The notes beneath the pieces were generated by a model that worked only from the letters and a program-made list of their open reading frames with translations, was not told where the DNA came from and made no database searches. This document shows, piece by piece, positions 37,901-48,564 of a DNA stretch of 64,000 nt (the stretch's first letter is position 1; every line of letters starts with the position of its first letter). The DNA is from Azolla caroliniana (Eukaryota > Plantae > Polypodiophyta): NCBI GenBank assembly GCA_043228905.1, contig JBHGNT010000010.1:11532001-11596000 (forward strand), read 5' to 3'. The translations under genes were made by a program, and so were the position numbers.

Positions 37901-40900
37901 CGATCATATTCAGAGCATTGTATCAAAGTGTGATACTCAGACCTTTGAACTTGTTTAGGGCAAAGTGTGTATAGCTGACCACTCTCATCACTTGTGCCCC
38001 AACTCCCTGTCTCACATCACAATGCATGTCAGCTAAGTTGCATGGAAACAATGGTTCAAATGGCAGATAAGGGATGGGCTCTAACATGTATTGTAAAGGT
38101 AAAGAGGGATATTTGAGGGAGCAACTATTGAGGGATGATGTTCAGCAAATAGGACTGTAGTAGAGATGAGAGTAGAGGCACACAGTTTTTTTGGTGTACT
38201 CAACCGCCTTGATTGGTACACAAGAAAAAAAGGTTATTATATCAGTTAGCCCTACAAAGAAAGAAGTGTGTTCACATTACAAAAAAGAGGTGTCTTGTCC
38301 AGGTGAACAATGTGTTCACATATACGAATAATTATCTAATTTGCGAAGTACGGGCCTTTACACCTAACGACCTCCCACTTAAAGGTCCCATGTGAACATT
38401 CAAGTAACTCCCACTAACTGTATGCAATGCTCATGTTGAGCTTTGCCAAGACTTTTAGTGAGAATATCTGCAAGATTATCCTGTGTTTTGATCTTGGTCA
38501 ATGTGACTAGACCATCCTCCAAAACTTGTTTGATAAAGTGATGTCGCACATCAACGTGTTTGGCGCGTGAATGAAACATGGCATTCTTAGCCAGATACAC
38601 AGTACTCTGGCTATCACATCCTAACACAGGAGTACTAACATACATGCCAAGATCTTCACAAAGTTTGCTGAGCCATATAGCTTCCTTTGAAGCTTCTGTA
38701 GCTGAAATGTATTCAGCCTCAGTAGTACTTAGTGCTACAATCTTTTGCAATTTGGAGCACCAAGACACTGCTCCACCAGTAATTGTAAATATATACCCGC
38801 TAGTAGACTTACGTGTATCCAAGTCACCTGCCATGTCTGCATCACAATATCCCTGCAAACTTAATACACCATTCCCATAGCATAAATATTTTCTTTGTGT
38901 ACCTTTAAGATACCTGAAAACACACTTGACAGCCTCCCAATGTGCTTTGCCAGGGTTAGACATATAGCGACTGACAACTCCCACTACAAAAGCAATATCT
39001 GGACAAGTAGCTACCATAGCATACATTAAAGAACCGCATGCTGATGCATAAGGAATTCCCTTCATAGCATTGACTTCCATCTCATCCATTGGACAATCAG
39101 CCTTCCTAAGTTTAAGGTATGATGGCAAAGGAACTCCAAGGGACTTTGCTTCTACCATATTAAATCTGTTAAGCACTTTTTCAATGTACTTTTCTTGTGA
39201 CAAAAACAACAAATTGTCCTTTCTGTTTCTACTGATTCTCATGGCCAAAATATGCTCTACATTTCCCACATCTTTCATAGAGAAGACCAATTTCAGTTGA
39301 TGTTTTAGAGCATCAAGATTAGTCTTTTTTTTCCCTCATCTGACAGCATGACATAGTACAAAGAGGGGTCATATCTGTATACCTGCCTCCTTAAACGATT
39401 AGACCTACGTACCCAATGATCAGTATTTTCTGGAATTGCTTCTAAATCTGGAGTGAAATCAGTCAGCACTTTCTGCCTGTTGCAAACCATGTCTAGCATG
39501 TTGTTCAACACCTATATTTTGTTGCTCAATACCTTCATCTCGTTGTCCAACACCTTCATGAGTATCTCTTTGCTGTCCAACTTCTTTTGGCTCAAGGATA
39601 ACCGGTCGATTATCATATTTAACCTTTGGTATAGCATCATGAGGTTTATTTTCAGATTTTGTGGATGTCTGTAATTGCTCAAATGTAACTCTATTAGACC
39701 TCCCAACAGAGGAACAAGCATTTTTCAGCAATTTTTCTTCATTAAAAACAACATCCTGACTGAGTACAATTTTTCTGGACTGAGGTAACCAAATCCTATA
39801 GCCCATTTCACCTTCATAGATATATTAAAGGTTTTAAGAGGCCAAAATGGCCTTTAAGACCAAACAAGAGATTACAACTTAAGTGTTGTCTCATCTTTGA
39901 ATATAAATCAAAATAAAATAAATATAAAAGTAAATAAGGTGAAAAGAAAAGAAACGAGGGAATCTGGTTTTTGGCACATGTGAGAGTCTCAAGTAAGATA
40001 TATTGTAGCTTTTGTCTTCAAAAGATCTCTAGCATAGGTCGATCCAGAATGGAAATGTCTCCGAAGTGAGGGAAGCACCTACGATGGCGGGAGATAATAG
40101 CTTTAATCTGTCGATGGCAAGGGTGTCGAGGTCGTGGTAAATGGGGCCAGGGCCTACGTGCACGGCAAATTGCTATTGCCCGATCAATTGTAATCCCTTT
40201 GTTGTCTTGGTTTGGAGCCCATTTGTGTATCCCGTGATTGACTTGTAGCATTAGGAGTGATGAGGCTAAAGAAAGTTGTGATTTGTGTATTCCATTACCT
40301 TGTGTAGTGGGCCAAAGCCTTGTTTAAAGAGGCACCGGTATCTCCCTCTGATTTCATAAAAGACACTACAATGACAAACATAGTGTTTTTCAGATTCCAC
40401 TCCTTGATGACACAATTGGCAAATTCTCTCTTCTAGAGGTAGTCGTGTATATCTGCCTACCTCAATCGGTAATTGATGTGATGAAGTTCGCAGGTGCCCT
40501 ATCACACTACGCAACGCGTAGGATAGATGTATGTCCATGTAAGGTGGCCTGATGACGAATCCATCCTCCGATGTAGGTAAGAAGTGCATCTTATAGCGGG
40601 CCATCTTCGTACCAAGTGGTATTCTGGGGCTGATCCATGTTATCTTGTTTTGCATGTTAATAATATCAGTTTGGATCACTCTATTCTTTTCCACTTTGGT
40701 CATATTTAGATGGGGATAGTCCAAGCTATATTTGAACGGGGGTAGTGCATTTATACTCATGCCATGTGACTCGAACCATTGCTGCATTTCAGCATACCAA
40801 CAATGAGTGTCTCCATTTTCAGCCAGTTGTCTTGATGACATAAGTGCCAACCTTGGGTACCTTCATTTAGGGAGCTCCCAAAGACGTTGGATAAACGTCA

Positions 40901-43293
40901 CTGATCTAAACAATGCCTCCGTTATTGTAGGTGCTGCTCCCATCTCTACCCTAAAGGTCTCTCTAAATCTTTCCAATCATTTGCCTTGTTAAGACTCGGT
41001 CCCCATGTTTCTACTCCATAGAGAAGAGTTAGTGTGACAAGTGTATCAAATAACCATAGCTTAGTCCGTGGCTCTTGGAACTGCAAATGTGCACATTGTC
41101 TCTCAAGAGCACCAAGGGCTGCATATCCACGAAAAAGTCGGGCACAAGCAGCCTCATGTAAGGAGAACCTAGGTCCTGTAAATGTTACTCCTAGGTATGT
41201 GTAGGAGCGTGTGTATTCCACCTTTTCCTCTCCCAAGAAGAATTCTGGTTCTGATCTTGTTACCCATGCTTGAGTGGTGTTAAACACCATCACTTTAGTT
41301 TTGTCCATGTTGATTGACAAACCTTTGTCCGTACAAAATAGTTTTAAGGCATTTAGATGTCTTTGTAGTCCCTCCGGAGAGTCAGAAATCAGCACAATGT
41401 CATCAGCATATAGTAATATTTGTATAGCTATACCTGCTAGGTGTGCTCCGGAACCACCGAATCTCTCTATGTAATGTGATGCCTCATCTATATAGAGACC
41501 GAACAGAGTGGGGGATAGTGGGCATCCTTGCTTCACTCCAATTGTGCTAGCCACCACCTTTGACAAGCCCTTGGGAGACCGCACTTTTCCTGACACGGAT
41601 TCGTAGAGTGCATAGACTCCCTATTGCATATATGTAGGAACACCAAGGGCTTCTAGCCGCTGCATAAGCCGAACACGTGGCACAATGTCAAAGGCTTTTT
41701 GGAAATCCACAAAGCAGCAATAAATCCTCTTATTGTGGGCTTTGCCCTCCTCAATAAGGGTCCAGAGGGTGAATATGTGATCCAAAGTTGTGAACCCCTT
41801 TCGAAAGCCTGTTTGTCCAACTGAACAGCAGCCATTCTGCTCCGCCCATATTTCTTGAATTCTGATTCTAGAATCGACCCATATATTTTAGCCAAGTAAT
41901 GGCCAATCATGATTGTCCTATAGTTGCTTGGCATCATGGGGTCTCCACTTTTGAGGATTGGCACAATCGTATGCTGAGTCCATCTAGTAGGGAAACCTTC
42001 ACACATGGCTCTATTAAAGATGTGTGCTAGCAATGGGTGCAAGGTGTCGCGGGCATAGATAAAGTGCTTACCCACCAATCCATCATGATCTTGGGCCTTC
42101 CCAAATTGTAGCCGATCAATGGCATTTCTTACATTTTGTCGTGTAAAGAAGGTTGATTCATGTGGGCGTGAGGCATTCGGGTATGGAAGAGGAGGTTGCC
42201 CCGGGATATCATATAGAACCTTTGCATATTCATGCCACACCTGAGGTGAGGTCAGTTGTGTGTTGGGTTCCCCCTCATTAAACATTTTCCATGCTCTTTT
42301 ACTCTCTTGTCCTAGGAACAAGCGATACAAATGATCTTCAAATTTAGCCAAATACAATCTCTTCTTCTTCCTTACGAGGTGTTGAAAGGTAGCTCTTGCT
42401 TAGTTGTGTGTATAAATGCCTCGAGTTACATCACGTTGCAAGCATCTTCTTGTATCATGACATTCCTCATCATACCAACTATTTTGTATTACTCTACCAA
42501 GTTTGGGGGGATTGGCCGTTGTGTGAGGGAAGGCATTTGTGGCTGCTTTATGCAATGATTTGGACAATCCTTGGGTAAGTTCTTCAAGGGGTGCGAAAGG
42601 ATCTAAATCTAGCGTGCCATTGTATAAACCACAACTATACACATCAATTGTGTCGCGAATAAATAGATACTTAGCCAGCCCACTCTCCTTAGCATATACA
42701 TCCTTTGTGCATCCATCCTTTACCTCAAAGCGTAGATATGCATGATCTGCTGCCAAGCCAATAGGTCTACCTGATATAGTGAACACCTTTATTTCAGGTA
42801 TAAGAGATGGAGATCCCATTAGATAGTTAACTGTGCTTGCACCACCTTTTGGGTTCCAACATGTCAAAGCATCTGATCCAGGCCATTGTGACAAGCCAAT
42901 ATATACCACAAATCCATGTGCACTTCCCAAAGGCTAGAAAGTGTTTTCCGTATTCAGTTATAGCACTCATATCTTGAGCTTGTCGCTTTAGACCAACCTC
43001 TTCTGCCGTAACTTCTCCATAAACAGCCTCGTAGGTGTTAAACTTAGTTGTTTGTTCATCCTTGGTTTGTGCATTAAAATCTCCTAATAGTATAATGTAG
43101 AAAGAAAGAAAGAAAGAAAGATATATTAATGTCTGTTAAGAGGCCAAAATGGCCTATAAGACCAAATAAGAGATTACATCTTAAGTGTTGTCTCGTCTTT
43201 GAGAACAAATCAAAATAAAATAAATATTACACAGTAAATATAAAAGTAAATAAGATGAAAAGAAAAGAAACGAGGGAATCTGGTTTTTGGCAC

Positions 43294-43346
<53 letters not shown>

Positions 43347-46300
43347 ATATGTGTAATGGAGGGAGGGTGGTGGTGATGGATAGTGGTGTATGTAATTAAG
43401 AGGGGTAAATGATCATAAGTTACTTAAGATGGGTGTAGTATCTTAAGGGGGATTTGGGGATCTATTAAATTTAGTTTTAACTAAATAGGAGTGTAGGGAT
43501 TTGGACTAAATAAAAGGTTTAGGGATATTTTTAAGTTGTGGATCTACACCAAGGTCGGCATGTAGGTTGTGTATGATTTTCTGGATATTGGGGAGTACTC
43601 TTAGTATATATAAGTCTAAAGATGGTAGAAGTTAAGGAAGTTTTAGATTTATGTTTGTGGAGTAAGGTTTGTCTAAGTGAAAACGGGTTATTTTTCAATT
43701 GATGGAGGATGAACAAGGGTGGGTAACCTCGACTAACAAGTCTATGGAAAAAATGTTTTTTCATTTCGAAGTATCCTAAAGGTGTCCTTTCCCTAACAAT
43801 GTAACGTCTCAATTCATTAATGATAAAAGGTTGTTTTATGTGCATAGGATGGTCTGAAAAAAATGGAAGACATTGATAGGAGTTGAGTGGTTTCTGGAAG
43901 CAGTTAAAAGAGAACTTAGAGTTCTCCAAATTGATCCAGATATCTAAAAAGGGTAGCCTAAGTGGGGAGGTCTGGATTGTAATTTTGATAGAATTATTAG
44001 TGTTAAGGCGATAGAAGTTGAGATACTTGAGGAGTTGGGGTTTTGTGCTTGTCTAGATCCGAATGTGTCATCAATTTATCTCGTAAAGTAGAAGAGTTGG
44101 GGAGAAGATTGGGATTTTTCTAAATAAGATAGAAATAGGCATGCGTAGACAACTGAGAAGTCATTAGTTTTAGCCGAAGAGAAGTGTGGGGAGATAATGT
44201 TACTTGGATAAAGTGATTCTACATCAAAAGTGAAAATGAAACTGGATTGTAATTTTGATAGAATTATTAGTGTTAAGGCGCTAGAAGTTGAGATACTTGA
44301 GGAGTTGGGGTTTTGTGCTTGTCTAGATCCCGAATGTGTCATCAATTTATCTCGTAAAGTAGAAGAGTTGGGGAGAAGATTGGGAGTTTTCTAAATAAGA
44401 TAGAAATAGGCATGCGTAGACAACTGAGAAGTCATTAGTTTTAGCCGAAGAGAAGTGTGGGGATATAATGTTACTTGGATAAAGTGATTCTACATCGAAA
44501 GTGAAAATGAAACTGTTAGGAGGTGGGTCAAAATGAAACTATCAGTTGCTATTTCATGTTGCTCTAGACTTCAGAGGATAGTTGCACTATCTACTACCGA
44601 GGCTGAATATATTTCAGCACAGAGGCTTCCAAAGAAGCCATTTGGTTAGCCCGCTCGTGCAGTGAGGTTGGGATGCGTGAAAAGACACTTGTTCTCGGAT
44701 GCGATAGCTAGAGTGCCATTATGTTTGGCAAAGAATGCAATGTTGCATGCTCGCACAAAGCATATTGATGTGAGATACCATTTCATTAGAGAAGTGCTAG
44801 AGGATTACCTAATATTTTTTATCAATGTCAATACTTCACAGAAGCCTACAGATACTCTCACAAAGTGTCCATCCAAGGCATAACATCAGCGATGTATACA
44901 GATGGTGGGAGTTACTAACTTAACGGAGCTTCCTTGGTCCTTTAATGGAAGGTTGTTGGGGATAAAGGCTCCTAGGACTCTCTTGTTTTAGTATATTTTG
45001 ACCCTTCCTTGTGAAAGCTCTCTTTGATAGCTTTCAAGACATACGTTTGCTATATCTTTGGCTACAATTTGAGGGGTTATAGGCATTTACATTAATTCTT
45101 ATAACTTTTGGTAATTCCCTGTGTGAACATGCCAAAATGACCTAAAAGTTACTTATGAATAATAATTGGTCCCAAACCTCTCATAATGAGATAAGGACTT
45201 TTAGAGGCTAGGGTTTCCTCCCCATTTTTCTGCGCAGTTTTTCTACTTTCTCTCCTCACACAGCAGCCCACTCCATTGGTGTTTTGGATTTGACCACACC
45301 ATCACATCATCATCTCTTTCAGAAGATCTGTTCTTCCATAAAATTGAGTGCATATTTTCCTTTGTCAATCTGTAAAAAGATAGATATGTATCCATCAAAG
45401 GCATGAGGATAAATCCATCATCTTACATGTCAACAAAGGGCCTCATAGTGGACCATGTTTCTACCAAGATACTGAAGACTAATGCTTATGTAATTGCTCC
45501 CATCTTTGCTCGTATTATATAATGGGATTCCAATGCTAGGGTCCTGTGTGAGTGTCATGTGATGGAACCATTCTTGTATTTCATCATACCAACCAAATGG
45601 AAGCTCTTGGATGTGCTGGATGCCGATCACTCTTGGGGGAGATTATACCATGAGATATTTATGCTAGGGTCCTTATCATGCGAGTTTTTTTTGTTTATGC
45701 CATGTGCTTAAACCATTCTTGCATTTCAACATGCCAACAATTTAGGAGCCTGAGATCTGTTGGATATTGGCCTCTATTGAGGTGGATAATATCATGGGAC
45801 ACCAATACTAGGCTCCTTATCATGTGGGTATTTATATTTATGCGATATGATTAGAACCATTCTTGCATTTCAGCATACCAACAATGATTATATCCATATC
45901 CAGCCATTTGTTTTGATGACATAAGTGCTATTCTTGAGTGCCTTTGCCTCCCAAATGTGTTGGATACTGGTCACCATTGGAGTTAATTCCATCTCTACCC
46001 ACATTGTATCAATACGGCATTGATCCTAGGTTCCCTGTTCCCCAAATCTAGCCAATTGTTTGGATTGAAGAAGTGCTAGTCTTGAGTGCGTTTGCCTCCC
46101 AAATATGTTGGATACTGCTCATTATTGAGGCTACCCACATTATATCCCATCTCTACCCACATTATATCATTAGTCACTGGTCCTAGGTTCATTCCATGTG
46201 GGCTAAAGGTCTCTCCGAATTTGATCCACAAGTTCGTACACATAGGAAGCTTTGGTGTTACAAGTGCATCAAACCACCACTAGTTCGCGGTTCTTGGAAC

Positions 46301-46751
46301 TATATATCTACACGCCGCTGTCTTTCAAAGGGCACGAAGGGCAGCATATCCACGAGAAAGTTGAGAGAAAATGTTACGAGAGTGTTTAGAAAGGAGAGAG
46401 AGAGAGAGAGATGGGATGAAATCTCTGTAGTATAGAAGAAGAAATAGATACATGGAGTGTGGATTAGAGATGGAGACAAACTATAATAGAGATGTCCACA
46501 TCAATGAATTATGAGAAGCTGTGATTCAAGAGAGGGAGAAGTGCAATGGTTATTGTGAATGTTAGAGAGTTCTTACGATGACACTGTTCCACTGACAGCT
46601 GCATGGAGTGGATGATAATCTTGGTAAAAGCAAGAGGATTTTGAAGCATATGGCGAGCAGGATGGATCGTAACAAATGCATTATGGGTGGACTGATTGCC
46701 CTCTTGCTTTTAGTCATAGCAATTGTGCTTTATGTTAAGCTACATCACTAA
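28902..46751 (+). CDS. VTI1: Vesicle transport Qb-SNARE VTI1, 221 aa; exons 28902-28995, 30455-30513, 30601-30789, 30883-31053, 46599-46751
   Basis: The spliced product MSVTFDGYERQYCELS...KMDLEARSL...LAKLREYKSDL...DQRERLLMSTERL...TEELGVSILQDL..QRQTLLHA..LHGVDDNLGKSKRIL...MDRNK plus a TM helix matches the plant VTI11/13 type. All introns are GT-AG and in phase. Confidence 0.95.
31145..31700. repeat. AT-rich tandem repeat, unit about 160-185 bp, about 3 copies
   Basis: Recurrent GAAATGATGAAACG...GAGGATATAGAA...GTAGGTTTCAAAT...CCTTAACCAA. Confidence 0.85.
31720..32904 (-). mobile_element. Copia 3' end (LTR to 32005, PPT, RNaseH) followed by a second RH/RT fragment
   Basis: CCCCAACA-ACCTCCCACT LTR/PPT junction; ORFs 32059-32286 and 32501-32770 (STSGYVF, ALSTTEAEY). 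The LTR matches 36920-37160. Confidence 0.8.
32905..33592 (-). mobile_element. Copia 3' end: LTR of about 224 bp (32905-33128), PPT and RNaseH
   Basis: TGAAGGG...CCCAACA followed by ATCTCCCACC; ORF 33233-33538 is RNaseH. Confidence 0.8.
33593..34197 (-). mobile_element. Copia family E copy 1 (3' LTR and RNaseH end)
   Basis: Closely similar to 38092-38710; ORF 33887-34132. Confidence 0.85.
34198..36637 (+). mobile_element. Copia family E copy 2 (RT-RH-PPT-3' LTR), 5'-truncated
   Basis: ORFs 34065-34868 (part) and 35133-36224 (YVDD); PPT AAGTGGGAGG at 36351-36360; LTR about 36362-36637. Confidence 0.9.
34508..35117 (-). mobile_element. Solo LTR D2, same family as D
   Basis: TGACGGG...CCCAACA with TSD GTAAA at 34503-34507 and 35118-35122; splits the QMDV|KTTF motif. 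Confidence 0.93.
36638..37718. mobile_element. LTR fragment (36638 to about 37165) followed by a degenerate + strand Copia RT fragment
   Basis: Similarity to 31730-31960; ORFs MKDLGKAEHIL, CGSLMYA, ILRYLKG. Confidence 0.7.
37719..38086. mobile_element. Probable solo LTR, 368 bp
   Basis: Termini TGTTAG...CTAACA; interrupts the KSTSG|YV motif; related copy at 20243-20490. No clean TSD. Confidence 0.65.
38092..39818 (-). mobile_element. Copia family E copy 3 (3' LTR, RH, RT, internal deletion, INT C-terminus)
   Basis: LTR 38092 to about 38369; ORF 38400-39290; ORF 39459-39806 (GYRIW...DVVFNE). Confidence 0.9.
39820..43098 (-). mobile_element. 5'-truncated non-LTR retrotransposon (RTE/RTEX-like LINE), degenerate ORF2
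   Basis: APE end (YLMGS, ADH), RT (GVKQGCPLSPTLF, LLYADD, YLG), C-terminal LPIEVGRY..ERICQLC..ESEKHYVCHC finger, 3' UTR at 39820-39990. Confidence 0.88.
43100..43297 (-). mobile_element. Short 3'-UTR copy of the same LINE with a (TTTC)n tail
   Basis: 43121-43297 repeats 39820-39985; (GAAA)5 at 43100-43120; abuts (GA)n at 43296-43340. Confidence 0.8.
43490..44520 (-). mobile_element. Penelope-like element (PLE) reverse-transcriptase relic
   Basis: TFDVESLYP, FSVVYACLFLSYLE, FTR*IDDTFG, LPFLDIW and FQKPLNSYQ.LPF.SDHP..IK...INELRRY...RLVSRGY occur in PLE order; 270-bp internal tandem duplication. Confidence 0.8.
44530..45360 (+). mobile_element. Degenerate Copia RNaseH with probable 3' LTR
   Basis: LQRIVALSTTEAEY, ARTKHIDVRYHFIRE; GGAAGGT-TGTTGGG PPT/LTR junction near 44954. 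The LTR end is uncertain. Confidence 0.65.
45430..46370 (-). mobile_element. Highly degenerate second RTE/RTEX-like LINE fragment with local triplication
   Basis: AACCATTCTTG.ATTTCA.CAT.CCAAC occurs three times (about 45566, 45711, 45856) and matches 40775-40850; 46190-46360 matches 40990-41150. Confidence 0.65.
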
Positions 46752-48297
46752 TTGCTGATTTTGGTTTATATCTGAATAACGTAAGATGCATTCTTTGTTG
46801 GCTTGGGTGTTTGTAAGGGAGCCCTTTGGGTATCTATTGAAATGGTTGTTTAGCCTTGATGGATGCTCTGCCAACGTTTTGGGTTCTTGAAGTCTATTTA
46901 GCAACCCATTTCTTGTATGTATATTATGTAGGAATTAAATATGAAAAAATAGTTTTAATTCCTTTTATTCAATCTTAACTTAAGTTTTAAATATAACCAT
47001 CAAAGAAACATGGGGAATCACAACTTTTTATTCACCCGTGAGCTCTACAAAAGCTGCAGCATTTTATCCTTCAGACCAACCAACATATCACATGTCTACC
47101 ACCACAATGCCTAATGAGTTTGAAGCTTAATGAGTTTAGAGTGCCGATTCGGCATGCCTTGCTATTAGAGAAAATTCTGAAAAGAGGCTTGTAACCAATA
47201 CAAGAATGCTCTCTTAATGTGGTAACCAAAAGTGTTTGAAAGATATAGGACGTATATAGAATCAATGTTAACCGTGAAGGATTATTGTTCTCTTTTATAG
47301 TAATTGTTAGACCATGCTGATAGAACCCATCCATCACACGAAACAATATATAGAATGGGAATAACAAAGAGTTCATCATAGAGAATCAAAGGGCAATGCA
47401 ATATACGGAATAATACAATAGATATGTAAGCTCATGTTTGTATGTTGTCCTAAGCTAGCATATACAAATAAAAGAATTGTTTGAACCACGATAATGCTAG
47501 ATGGCTAAACTAATGTTGCCTTTAAGGATACATAAACCTATCATTTACTCTTCAACCAATGCCTTCCATAAGGAGTATCATATCTATATTGTGAGTAACA
47601 TGCAAAATAAACTATATGGGACCACCAACATTGGGATTGAGTTGAGTGAACTCCAGTTGAAATGCTAGATTACATGACAATGTGTTCATTACGGATGTTT
47701 AAAACAATGTTTTTCAAGTTGACTCTTTATCTCCAGCTTTATAGAAGACTAGTAGCTTATTTTATGGCAGTCTTGAAAGAATAGAAGCTCATCAAATAAT
47801 GATGAAGAAGATTGGATTTGGGCTTTCTATACATAAACATAAACATTTCTAATGTTTTCACTCTAGTATATTTGACCATTAATACTTGAGGATTACATGT
47901 AACCCTAGGAAAACATGAATAAATGAAGTTTTAAATATATGTAGCACTAGGAAAATATGCATTGATGAATTTATGAGGGAAACTATGGAAAATCATTTTA
48001 GAAAGGGATGAGAAGGAATCAATTTCTTATTTTTTATGATCTCTTTATAATTTTCTCTTCTCAATACGCAAATACTTGGATATACTATTTCCCTTACATA
48101 TTGCTTAAAGTCTTGTATTGTGCAAATGCGTTATGCAATTTATGTTGATGAAGTTGCGTCCTCACACTAAATTAATATCTTCAAAAGAGCACTATTGAGG
48201 TATTGATAACTTTTTCGCATATGAGTATTAGTTGGAAAACATACAATTGACATGTTCATAAAGTTTACATGAAGAGGATGAATGCTAATGGCAGTGT

Positions 48298-48500
48298 TGG
48301 CTATTATGTCTTCAATACTATGATATGAGTTGAGCAATCATGAATAATAAGCCATGTCTTTAAAACAACATGAATTAGCTATTATGTCTTCAATAATATG
48401 GTACCAGTTATGCAATCATCAATAATAAGCCATGTTTAAAAAACATGAATTGGCTATTATGTTTTCGATAATATGGTATGAGTTGAGCAATCATAAATTT
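48298..48500. repeat. AT-rich tandem repeat, unit about 75 bp, about 2.5 copies
   Basis: GCTATTATGT.TTC.ATA.TATG...GCAATCAT.AATAATAAGCCATGT recurs. Confidence 0.75.
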
Positions 48501-48564
48501 TGTTTTGCTAGGATAAAAAAATGGCATGATATTGGAAGAACCATCTTTAAAAACAGTTTGAGTA

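Noticed and set aside
33233-38091. 33233-33592 and 37200-38091 as two halves of one inverted host element
   Set aside because: The breakpoints are in the same motif, but there is no TSD and the sequences look like different families.
43340-43530. Hammerhead ribozyme at the PLE 3' end
   Set aside because: A hairpin (CTTAAGAT...ATCTTAAG) exists, but I found no CUGAUGA/GAAA core on either strand.
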